This document shows positions 37,601 through 48,367 of a stretch of DNA of 64,000 bases, piece after piece; position 1 is the stretch's first letter; each line of letters begins with the position of its first letter. Location: the NCBI GenBank assembly GCA_965287045.1, contig OZ336877.1, forward strand, positions 60,698,001-60,762,000. The letters run 5' to 3'. The translations under genes were made by a program, and so were the position numbers. This stretch comes from Carcharhinus amblyrhynchos. Taxonomy: Eukaryota. A model generated the notes under the pieces. That model was not told the origin of the DNA and ran no database searches. It worked only from the letters and a program-made list of their open reading frames with translations.

Positions 37601-38584
37601 TCCTCCAAGGAATAATAGGCTTAAATATTCTCGTGATTTAAATTAAACAAAAAAAATCAACGTGAAAGTAATAAAGCACAACAGTAGAAAAATAAATATT
37701 GGCTAAGCCACATTTAGATACAGCCATCTATGGTGTAATGATCCGACAACCCAATTGCGTCTCTTAAGTGTTCATTTGGAGACTATGCATGATTTTGGTG
37801 CCTTGATGAAGCGGTGAAGTACTTGTGAACCTCCAGCATCTAGAACAAAAACAGCTAAAGATTATAAAAGGTCGCAACTGAATACATATCGACCTTGACA
37901 ATATGAAATGAAATGTGGCTTTTTATTTCTGTTTGAATTCTACTTTATCAAAGTGTGTGATGTTTCAAAGTTTAAACATGGTAATGTTAACATTTGAGGT
38001 AAATGTTTGTTTTACTTATAAATGTTGTTCCGGCTTTCATGTTGTAGTAGAATGTTTGGTTTATTTCTGTCCCCTTGTTACTTTGTTGCAGTAAATTCCC
38101 TGCGGTATTCGCCGAATGTACATGTAATGACTGCGGTCAAACACAAGGATCTGGGATTACTCGCACTTTATCAGTCCAATCAGCACCGTTCAAACCTGTA
38201 ACATACACGACCGATGTACATTTAACTTAGACGATCTGTATTGATTTGTAAAGTACTGAAGTCTTGTCACTCGTGTGAGTAACGACGATAGGATTTAAAA
38301 TGGGATCCCTTTTCAAGGATTTGTTCAGTTTTACTTGGGTAAGAGTGATATTAATAAAACGACAATTATTGAGAGCTGGGCACAGCAATAAAATACTCGG
38401 CAGCAAATCTTGCTTCAACATTATCCAATTACTTTATTATGCAAAAAAGTCCTGTGGCTGGGAGTAATTCATAATCAGAGTGATGGACAGCAGAGTGAGG
38501 ACAATACAAAGTAATGGCAGTGTTGCTCCTCACTATACCCCTTGATTAAAGACACCCAATTATGGCAATGAACAGTGTCGCAAT

Positions 38585-38756
38585 NNNNNNNNNNNNNNNN
38601 NNNNNNNNNNNNNNNNNNNNNNNNNNNNNNNNNNNNNNNNNNNNNNNNNNNNNNNNNNNNNNNNNNNNNNNNNNNNNNNNNNNNNNNNNNNNNNNNNNNN
38701 NNNNNNNNNNNNNNNNNNNNNNNNNNNNNNNNNNNNNNNNNNNNNNNNNNNNNNNN
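38585..38756. other. Assembly gap (172 N)
   Basis: Run of n characters. Confidence 1.
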
Positions 38757-39749
38757 TGTAATCTAATGCTGAGAGACATTTCATTTGGCCTCGGGCTAGT
38801 GAACCCTTCTGTGTCGGCTGCCGTGCTATTGCTTTGTGGCACAGTTATGTTTCCTGAAAAGTTACAGGTTCTGATTAATCTTTTGATAGTAAGTGGAGCA
38901 GAAAATATTCATTCCAATTCTACCACGTTTAGCGTCGTCTAAGGCATATGGTTGGGGACTGAGCACAAACAGCTATGTTGAATATTAAAACAGGATGGAC
39001 AACTCTTCCTTTAAAACCGGTCAACCGGATTCCAGTGGCTGGACTATATTCTCCCATTCTTTGTGTGGCTGCTTTACAGAAGCAGGGAAGGTTTTTTTTT
39101 AGAAAAGGGGTTATAACATTTCTAACTGGGACTAGTTTTAAGCATTCATAAATGATTCAAAAATAACTAGGGAAAAGGGGAATTATGCAAATTCCCATCA
39201 AGTCGAAGAGTACAATTCAGATCCACGCCATATGTTGTTATTCAAGATTTTGTTCAGTCACGCCTTCCCAAAATTTTTTCCCTGTAAAGATGTTTCTCTT
39301 TCCTTCGAAATGATGGGTTTGAAAGGAGGAAGAGAGTCTTAAGCCTATCTGCTGAAGAGCCCATCAGAATTTCTCGCAAGTCCTTGCTTTGTGCCCGGGT
39401 GACGATCATTTTACCGATTTCCCTCATGCAACGATTATTTCACTTAAAAAGCCATTACTACGGTATTGTACCGCACGTCTGAGCCTTCACATGATGCATT
39501 ACCTAACCTAGGCCACTCATGCCACTTCTTAAATTGCTTATGAAGCAGAAATTGGATAGATGTCGTTTGTTCAAAATATGTTTAATAAATTTGTCTTCCA
39601 ACACGGATAACACATACAAATGGTTATATATTATAATCAGGGCCAGACTTGTACATCATCACACTCATTCATCATGAGCTGCCAACAGAGCCTTTCAGGG
39701 AGGCAGTGGTACCAACTTGTCAACCAGAGTTCGCACAAACTGCAAATCA

Positions 39750-40671
39750 AACACACGACAGCAGTAAAAACATCGCAAGTCCGTTTTATACATATTTTAT
39801 ATGATATTTATATATTTATATATTGCAGATGGACAGGCACTGTGCCGTCATGCAAACAAAAAGCTCACTTTGGGTAAATAGCGTTTTTGTCATAAGAAAC
39901 GTAACAAAAATATTTTAAACACATCTCAATCTGTACAGAGACCTGAAACAAACAAAACCGTGTAATGTTACAGTATCATAAACCCCCTTTTTTTCTATAA
40001 AACCCAACTCGTTCACAGTTAAGAAATAAATTGACATCTAATCCCTTTGTCACAATAAATAATTGATTTCCGAGCTTCCCTTCCATTACCTTTCCAATTG
40101 TGATGTTTATATCTAGAAAACACACACACAAGCGAAAAAAAAGGACACAAGTCGTATGGCTGGTTGTAGCTCTAGCTCTACTCGGAGGACGGTTTGAAGA
40201 GCGCAGTGAACGAATGCAGCCTGGAATTTAGCTGTATCGCAGCCGTAATCATAGCGGACAGATTCTGTTTTAGAAAGCATTGGATGAAGCTAATACAAAT
40301 AATCCATAGTAGCTACTAATACTGATGGAACCTTTGAACCGACAAATATTGTTGAGGCTGGGCAGTTCTAAAAGCGTGGAATTGTCCAAATCAACCCTTC
40401 AAAAACCCAAAGATGCACCGCTCCAAACAAAAAGAAACTTTTGTTGATCCTCTCTCCCCAGTTCCTCGCCCAAACTTTTCCAACAATATTTATGTACAAA
40501 TAGTCAATTCTAGACATAACCTCCAAACAACAACAAAGTCAGTTGCGGTGACTTTAGTCTGGTTTTGTTGTTGATTTCCATTTGTGTGTGGGTTGTTTTT
40601 ATTTGCCCCCTCGCGATGTAAATGGTCCTCTTTATTTACTTTTTTTTAAAAAAAGACTGGGGTTTATTTAT
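39750..40671 (-). other. Probable bhlhe22 3' UTR
   Basis: AU/U-rich on the mRNA strand. Pumilio-type TGTACATA (40499-40492), miR-25/92-type TGCAATA (39827-39821), and a TATAAA variant hexamer (~39790-39785) followed by GU/U-rich sequence. Proximal AATAAA hexamers also occur just after the stop. The 3' end is inferred. Confidence 0.5.
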
Positions 40672-41520
40672 TTAAGGCTTGTCGCTGCACTGTTTGCAGA
40701 GACTGGATGTGACATTGTTGTAAAGGGTGGTGGTGGCGGCGCACTTCTCCGGACAGCTGGCCGCCGCCGCCGCCGCCACCGCCAAGCCGCTGGCCGTGAA
40801 CGGGTAGCCGCCGGCCGCCGCTTGCTCGTAGGCTCCCAGGCTGGGGGTGAGGGTGGCGGCGGAGGAGGGCAGCGCTGCCGGCAAGCTCTGGCCCTGGTTG
40901 AGGTACGCCACCAGCCTCCTCATCTCCTCCAGCGCCTGAGCCTGCATCAGGATGTAGTTCTTGGCCAGCAGCAGCGTGGCGATTTTGGAGAGCTTGCGGA
41001 CGGACGGGCTGTGGGCGTAAGGGATGACCGACCTCAGCTCGTCCAGCGCGTCGTTTAAGTCGTGCATCCGCCTCCTCTCCCGGGCGTTGATGCTGAGCCG
41101 CAGGGCTCGCTGCTCCTTGTTCTTCTTGGTGGCCGCTCCTCCGTCCACTTTGGCCATGGCTCCCAGCGAGCCCGGCCGCTCCGAGCCGCCCTGCCTCATC
41201 AGCAGCAACTCGCAGCGCTCGTCGCTGTCATCGTCCAGGCTCTGGTCGCCGCCGCTGCTCTCCCGGCAGGAGGTGACATGCTGCTCGCTGTACTTGGCGC
41301 TGCCAGTCCGCGCCCCCCCTCCGCCCTCTCCCCCCGGCTGCTGGGGGACAGGCTCGGGGTCCGCCTGCTCGTAGCACACCATGGGGGACTGGGGCTCGGG
41401 CAGAGAGAGCTCGATCGCGGCGGCCGGGCGGAAAGTGCTCTCCAGCCTTTTGGCCGAGGCGCTGAGAGTTTGGTGGAAAAGATCCTCTTGTGGTGCACCG
41501 AGGTGGAGGCTCCTTTCCAT
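40672..41520 (-). CDS. bhlhe22: Class E bHLH transcription factor 22 (Bhlhb5/Beta3), single coding exon, 282 aa
   Basis: Intact GC-rich ORF with strong Kozak context (AGAATGG). bHLH: [71 protein letters not shown]. The N-terminus [24 protein letters not shown], the [18 protein letters not shown] motif and the C-terminus CPEKC...[12 protein letters not shown] match BHLHE22 rather than BHLHE23. Confidence 0.96.
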   Translation of the reverse strand: MERSLHLGAPQEDLFHQTLSASAKRLESTFRPAAAIELSLPEPQSPMVCYEQADPEPVPQQPGGEGGGGARTGSAKYSEQHVTSCRESSGGDQSLDDDSDERCELLLMRQGGSERPGSLGAMAKVDGGAATKKNKEQRALRLSINARERRRMHDLNDALDELRSVIPYAHSPSVRKLSKIATLLLAKNYILMQAQALEEMRRLVAYLNQGQSLPAALPSSAATLTPSLGAYEQAAAGGYPFTASGLAVAAAAAASCPEKCAATTTLYNNVTSSLCKQCSDKP

Positions 41521-41749
41521 TCTCGCCAGATCAAGTCCGTTGGCTGGGGTTTTGTTGCTGTTGCATAAACTACTCTTTTAATATCTCAACTTGTCCTGGC
41601 TTTGATCTTTTCACCACTTGATGGTGATGCCTGCACTTTTTTGAACCCTGTGATCTGTGCCGATGTGCTGCTGCTGTTGTTACTGATGATGGTGATGATG
41701 ATGAACACCTCGTAACGCTTATCTGCTTGGATTCACCTTCAAGATATTT

Positions 41750-42100
41750 CCGTGGCGATCAGCAGACGGGAGTCTTTTACATCATTATCTCCGAGCAGGT
41801 TATTATGAAGGGTTGCCTGTTGGGACCGAGCTTCCACCAATCAGGTTAACGTTTTAATTAATAGGATTAAAACGGTAACAAACAATCTAGACGGCGAGAT
41901 CTACCCCTCTCCCTAACTGCTCTATTTGAATGGAGAGGAGCTCCCCAGCCCCCGGTCGCTGAATGTACACATGCACTTTATACATAGGAGAAAACACCGC
42001 CACAGCTTACAGAGGTGGCGCTCGGTCCATTATTCCTCCAGCCATCTGTATACACAACTTAACGCATATGTTTTCAAGGCTTTTTTGTCCCGTTAGAAAA
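41750..42100 (-). promoter_or_regulatory. Probable bhlhe22 core and proximal promoter
   Basis: Unique CpG-containing sequence upstream of the ATG. TATA-like CATAATAA on the minus strand (41807-41800), CCAAT at 41837-41841, TAAT-rich inverted repeat 41845-41879, E-boxes CATCTG (~42043) and CATATG (42065). The TSS position is inferred. Confidence 0.65.
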
Positions 42101-43339
42101 CGAACAAATGCCTTGCGCTGACATGTGTGGCGACTTTCACCCATCAATGAGCACACTTAATACTCCAGTCCTACAAGTCTGCTCCCCATCTCTTAGACCC
42201 GATCACACATAGAGCTGGCAAACGTAAAAGCAGAGAGCAGCGGAACTGCTGAGGTGTATTTATGCAATTTTTCCCGGAGCTGAACAGAAACAGTACAAAC
42301 TCATTTCACGTTTCTGACTATTCTTGTTTGATTTTAATCGCCCTTGATGGCGCCGAGCGTTTAGTAGCAGCTTTTCATTCTTGTGACATCAGTCCCGAGT
42401 ACTATTCCACAACACCTCCAGCAAATCAATCTGTGTCAGGATAACTGGAGGTACCAATGTATTTGTTCCCCCGGTTTCATTAAAACCCTTTTAATTGTGT
42501 CTTTCAGAGTTGGCCCCAGGTGTTCGACTCTTTTCATTACATTTTCCCCTAATGTGATGAAATTCTAATTCTCGCCTTCCATATGGTTAAATTTTTCCGC
42601 AGAGAATTGGTGGAAAAGATAGAGAATTTATTAATCTTCCTAATCTATTCCACAACGCAGAGCTCCTGTCTGTTGCTGGAAGATATGGTAACAGTTGAGT
42701 CTATTTGATGTGCCCATGATCTCAGTGAACCAGCAGGACTCTAGCAAGTTTTTCACTAGAAGTTGTAATGGATAATGTAACCTGTATGAGTTCAAAACTG
42801 AGCCAAATCTATTGTTTGCATGTTTTGTATATTAGACGAGGATAGTTCAGAAGTCAGCAACTATCTATCTGTGACGGGGATCACTTAATTGTCTTCATTC
42901 ATAGGGGCTGTCTATTTCATGCCAAGATATCATTTCATTATATATAACTATTGAAATATTTGAACCCCACTCTATAAGAGGCGGAGGTGAATCTAATGCT
43001 GTTTCTGTAACTGTTTGAAGGATGAGTTTATCTTTTTTTTAGGATTTCGCTCTCGGGTTCCTATACGCGGAAGTACTTGCTGTTTCAGAGACAGCTTAAT
43101 CTCCACAATCATCATGAGCCATGATGCGACTGAATGAATAAGAAGGGCACCTGGAGACAACATCTATAACCTTTTGTTATAAAGTAAAGTAAAAGGGAAA
43201 GGAATGCCCCAGTCTCTATGCAAGACATTGCCAGCAACATTTCCAAAAAAATTAAACCGAGTTAACATCTTTCAGGATCACACGAAAATCTTATATCAAT
43301 GGTAAGGCTTCCTCCATGTTCATTGGCTAATTTACTAAT

Positions 43340-43382
43340 GGGGGGGGGGGGGGTGGGACAGCGGGGGCGGGGGGGGGGGTGG
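43340..43382 (+). repeat. Poly-G tract, potential G-quadruplex
   Basis: G14-T-GGG-ACAGC-GGGGG-C-G11-T-GG. Confidence 0.8.
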
Positions 43383-44111
43383 AAGGAAACAAACAGAAAA
43401 AGAAAACCAGGGGAAAAAGAGAAATAAAAGCAACCATGTAAGCTTCATATTTTGAAGTGATTGGAGAGATTGTTCCGGCAACTTTTACAAAAGTTTATCC
43501 AAATTATTTCCAAGGATTTCCTGGTTCCTGTTCATTTCCTTTCTTTATGGGAATAGATTTTTTAAACTTGTCATCTCAGTCCCAGATGGGTAGAGTGGAA
43601 GTTTGGTATTTTTTGCAGATCCCTTCCCCGGAACCTGCGGTTTGATTTTTATTTCAGGTGTCCGATTTAGTTCACCCGCCATCCTTTTGCTTGATTGACT
43701 TGTCCTTCGCTATTGACCTGTGTCCAAGACTTGTACAAATCTGGAAAAGCGTGGTATAATACAATGCAAGTGCGACAATTGAGATTGCAATTTTGATTTG
43801 TGCTTGGGACCCAGTGACAATTTACATTCGGAACAACAGGTATCAGCAGTAACTTTCCAACCGTTATGTCGGTTTCCCGATTCCAGTGAAACCGCATGAA
43901 ACAGTGATGGAGGAGTGTTATTTACAACAGAACATATTTTCTGATAACAATGTTGTGCTTGTCAGTTAATTATCGCATTATCTTCGATTTTAACTTCAAC
44001 TAGTTACTAGTGATCGAGTTTAGACATTTCAGTGACAGTGATGGGCATGAATTCAAATTGTTGGTGATTGATTTAAACCTCGTTATTGTTAAAATTCGCT
44101 GAGAATACGTA

Positions 44112-44366
44112 AAGTTTAGCTTATTTATTAATGTCACAAGTAGCTTACATTAAAATTGCAATGATGTTACTGTAACAATCCCCTAGTCGCCACACTCTGG
44201 TGCCTGTTCAGGCACACTGAGGGAGAATTTAGCACCTAACCAGAGCATCCGGAGTAAACGCATGCAGACACGGGGAGAACATGCAGACTCCGCACAGACA
44301 GTGACCCGGGAATCAAACCCGGGTCCCTAGGGTTATGGGGCGGCATTACGAGCCACTGTGCCATCC
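44112..44366 (-). mobile_element. HE1/V-SINE-type SINE, alternative tail, internally deleted
   Basis: ttatttattaatgtcacaagtagcttacatt...atcccctagtcgccacactc...gcagacacggggagaacatgcagactccgcacagacagtgacccggg. Confidence 0.9.
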
Positions 44367-47300
44367 CTAGAATACTGGTGCATTCTGCATTATTAGCTAG
44401 TAATCTGCAATGGCCGGATGTATTTTATATTTCTCTTGTCCCCTTACATATGGTAGCAAAACAATTGTTAATATTTATCTCCTTGCGCTCAGTAAGTACT
44501 TTCAAAGTAATGTAACAGAGTTTTAAAATGATAATCAATTGCTGTAATTGAAAGTCAAGTGACTTGACATTTCTCCCCTGGGATTATCATTGCTGAAAGT
44601 AGGCTGGATCTAGTAAAAGGCGTGACAACTGATCACCCGTGTCTGATAGCTAAGTGATCTTTTATAACATAAACGCATTTTCCATCTCCTCATGACCAGG
44701 GATGATTATAGGTGAACTGACAAACCTTAGAGTAGGACTGAATGACTTAACTGCAGTATACCCGTTGTAATATTGAAAACTTTCCCTATATTGATACCCG
44801 TAGATAGAAAATATTGAAAAAGGGGAAAATGCTATTCCGCAATAAAATACTTGCTGGACGCAAATATCGTGAATGTCGATTTGTTTATCAACTACTTACT
44901 CTGCCCTGTGGCAATGTTCGGCTGATATGAATGAACACATGTTGCCCAAACCGTGATCTAATGAGAATCTTCAGCCTGTTATAAAACGGGAGTAAGGTTT
45001 GTATAACAGCATTAGTCATAGGAATCTGGTAACATTTAGTGTCGGAAAGATTAGGTTTAAACATGTCCCTGTGAAAGGAACGGTAATCAAATCAAGTGCA
45101 TCAACTAGACTAGTTCTACTTTCATGAGGGGGCTCGTATTTTGTCCACGTATCCTTGAATTAACAAGTTGTCTTTACTGTGTGCTGTGAACATTAGGCAG
45201 GTCTGTAGAAAATTATGCCACCATCATATTAATGCACTGAGTAAAAAACAATCCCTCCCAGCAATGGACTCCCTGCGGTACAGTGAAGCTGCCACTAATG
45301 CCACTCAGTGGGGTTCTATATCTTTGTTGCATCTCCATATAACTGAGGACACTCAGTACTTAATAACATCTAATAATACCACAATTTCTATCAAAGCACT
45401 ATTAATTCCGCAAAGGACTTGGAGCTCCATTTTAATAAATGTTGTAATCCCTGTTAACAAAGGTGTGTCACAGAAACCAACCGATTGTTTTAGAATCGGA
45501 AGAGTTTTGGGGTGTGCTGGGTCAGAGGAGTGCTTTGCCTGAATTTTGAGCTGCTGATGGGAAGCAAAATCTAATTTTCCATCAAAGTAGAAATCTTGGG
45601 ATGATCCTCAGGGATCCACTAATCGGATCACTAACTGTCTCGGAGGAAAACCCTTTATTGGATTAGATCAGCTGGTATTAAGGAGTAAGAACAAAGTAGG
45701 TATTTAATACACACATAAGAGGAATTTGTTTAATTGATATTTTGTTGTTATTACATTTTCGAGTCCGTGTGTTTGAGGCTGAGAAAAGCTGGAAGGCGTG
45801 AATATTTTATTGGTTGATTCGTACTATATTGATCACAAGATTGTTACGATCATGACAAAGAAAGAATTGAGAATATTGGAAGTCAGAAATAAAGACACTA
45901 AATACTGGACATCCCACCGTAGGGCTTTGAGTTTTTGAGAAAAGACAGATTAAAGTTTCAGGTGGAATTCAGAGATTTTTTTTTGAAGTCTCCACCAGGT
46001 GTCTGAATCTATTTTTCATTTTGCAGATGTCAATGGATCTGCTTGTGTTTTGGAGCATTTTAAATTTTGAGACTGCGTTTCGTGTGTTTGTGAACCAGTC
46101 TGAAAAACTGTATCAAAGTGGTAAGGATCTAACTTGATGAGTGCAAGATGAAAAGCTAAGACTGTATATTTCTTTTTTTTCCAGCAAGTATGTAATCCCT
46201 GCAAAGGGATGAGGCCAATTTGGCCCCACACATAAGATGTGCTCTGAGGAGCTGGGACACAGAAGTGTGAATATAGTTACATGTTATAATGCCATGCTGA
46301 TGTCCCGTAGAGATCAATGTGCTTATGAAGACAACCCAGGGCTATGTGTGCAATGTTGATAATAAATGTGTTAAATCTGATGAGTGTTGACTGGAGTGTG
46401 GTGACAGCTCCAAATTAGCCAAGAAGTTCCTTCCATTTTCCGTACTTCTTTACATATTTGTGTGACTCACTAGGTCAGAGTGGGGATGCCCTTACTCCTT
46501 GTGATTCAAATCTTTATGAATGGGTGAAGGAGGTGGGTGAAATTGCTGTCAAGAGAGAGGTATGAGTAAAGGTTAGGGACAAGACCAAACCATAAGAAAT
46601 CAGAGGTAGCTCATCTGGCAACTTAGGACGAGGGTAAAACATACCCAAGAACAAAAAAAAAGCAGACAGTTTTTATACTGCTGAATGGCACTTTCTTGGA
46701 AATAAACATAGATTCTTCACAGCCAGAGACGAACAATTTATTAGCAGCTAACAATCACTATGAATGGCTTAATTCACATGCTAAAGTATTTGGAGCACAC
46801 AACATCCATTGCTTATTGATTATTTTGGACTACATTTCATGTGTACTCTGCATTTTCAGCTTCCAGTAATAATTTTAATTAATTTCTTCTATTGTTTTCT
46901 GTTGTCCTCTTTATGCATACCAAGCTTTCTGCCAATTCTCATTTCCACTTTCGATGTGATCTCTCACCGTGTTGGAGTATGTGGAGCACCATACACTATT
47001 GGGAATTGTGACTCTTCAAGTAAATGTAACATAATTATAGTAAAGTGTGCAAACTGTTGGATTAGAACACTTAATGAGTTGTATTACATATAATTAACAT
47101 TCAGGACCTGTAGAGTTGCCAATACACCATCTATATGTATAACAATCGCAGCAATATTAATTCAAACTCAATAATGGTCTGGAGTTTATTATAAAAATAA
47201 TGGTGGGCTTCATGGTGCTGATTGTTACTTACATTTAAATTACACAGTAGCTTTCAGCAATGCAGATAGGTAATTAAAAACAAATATCCGGAAACATCAC

Positions 47301-47479
47301 AGCAAACAGTATGTCGCTGTTTAACACCTCCTCCCATCCCTCTCCCATTCCAATGTACTGAATTTTGTGGAGATCCTGTGCTTCTGTAATAGGTATACAT
47401 TAAAGTTGCCACAAAAGGCAGAGTGTCCATTTCAATACCCTGGTCAATAAACCTTAATTACTGCTGAACAACACCAAAA

Positions 47480-47995
47480 ATTAACTCTTACAAGAGTAGA
47501 GTTTCATTGCTTAGATTTTGATTGTTGTTGAAAACTTAAAAGAGAAATTGTAAGTTATACATTCATTTGTGTCTCTTCTTTCTCCTGCTCTTAATCCAGT
47601 CTTGCTTCCCCTCATTTTATTTTCTGTAAAAGATTTGATATTGAATTCACTACTCTAACCTAACTTTCTGGTTCAGATTCAGCTGCCAATTAACAATTCT
47701 TACATCTGATTGGTTAAAGAGATGTACAGTTGTCTGCCCTGTTCATACAGAGTCCTGATGCCTTGCAGAGGGCACTGTTTATTTGCATATCTAACATTGC
47801 AAAGGTCATAGAAATTTTCTTGGAAATGGCAAGTCTAATGAATGGTGGCCAATGTTCAGAAATTGAAATAGAGATCTGATGTCCTGCAATGGACATTATA
47901 CCATTTGGATATCTAACCTATTACAACTTCCAGGGCAAATATCATATAAATTATTTGAGCAGGGTGAGGCTAACAAATGATGGGCAATGTTCATT
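47480..47995. repeat. Old interspersed repeat, second copy at ~58760-59110
   Basis: Shared colinear blocks cttaa.ccagtctt, gatttga.attgaat, attggttaaag.gat..a.agttg..tgccct.ttca and ggcaa.tctaat. Confidence 0.65.
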
Positions 47996-48042
47996 ACTCG
48001 GTTGTCGTCCATTATATTTTTACAGTTCATTGTTCATGATCT

Positions 48043-48367
48043 CATAGAATCATAAAACCATAGAAACCCTAACCCAGGGCCAAATACCCCCCCTGCCCAC
48101 CTCCCCCCACCCCCAGCCCTATCCCAATTACCCTGTGCATTTACTTTACTTTTCCCCTAACCTACACATCTTGGGACAGTAAGGGGGAATTTAGCATCAC
48201 CAATTCACCTAACCTACACATCTTCGGACTGAGGAAGGAAACTGGAGCACCCAGAGCAAACCCGTGCAGATACTGGGAGAATGTGCTAGCACAACTCTGT
48301 CTCCCAAGGCCAGAATTGAACTTGGTCTCTAGACCTGTGAGGCAGCAGTACAAGCCACTATGCCACC
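48043..48367 (-). mobile_element. HE1/V-SINE-type SINE
   Basis: catagaatc tail; atttagcatcaccaattcacctaacctacacatcttcggactg...gtgaggcagcagtacaagccactatgccacc. Confidence 0.88.

Noticed and set aside
1-38300. Expected neighbour cyp7b1 (convergent with BHLHE22 in mammals)
   Set aside because: I found no P450 heme motif (PFGxGxxxCPG) or other CYP exon in the ORF track or by eye. Short exons could be missed; TBLASTN would settle it.
38546-38942. ORFs spanning the N run
   Set aside because: Artefacts of translating N as X.
39833-39842. miR-124 site in the bhlhe22 3' UTR
   Set aside because: Only an offset 6-mer (GTGCCT followed by G, not T); too weak to call.
40582-41581. Several long ORFs overlapping bhlhe22 (plus strand 158, 116, 168 and 66 aa; minus strand 111 aa)
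   Set aside because: Shadow ORFs caused by the high-GC codon usage of the real gene; low-complexity translations with no recognisable domain.
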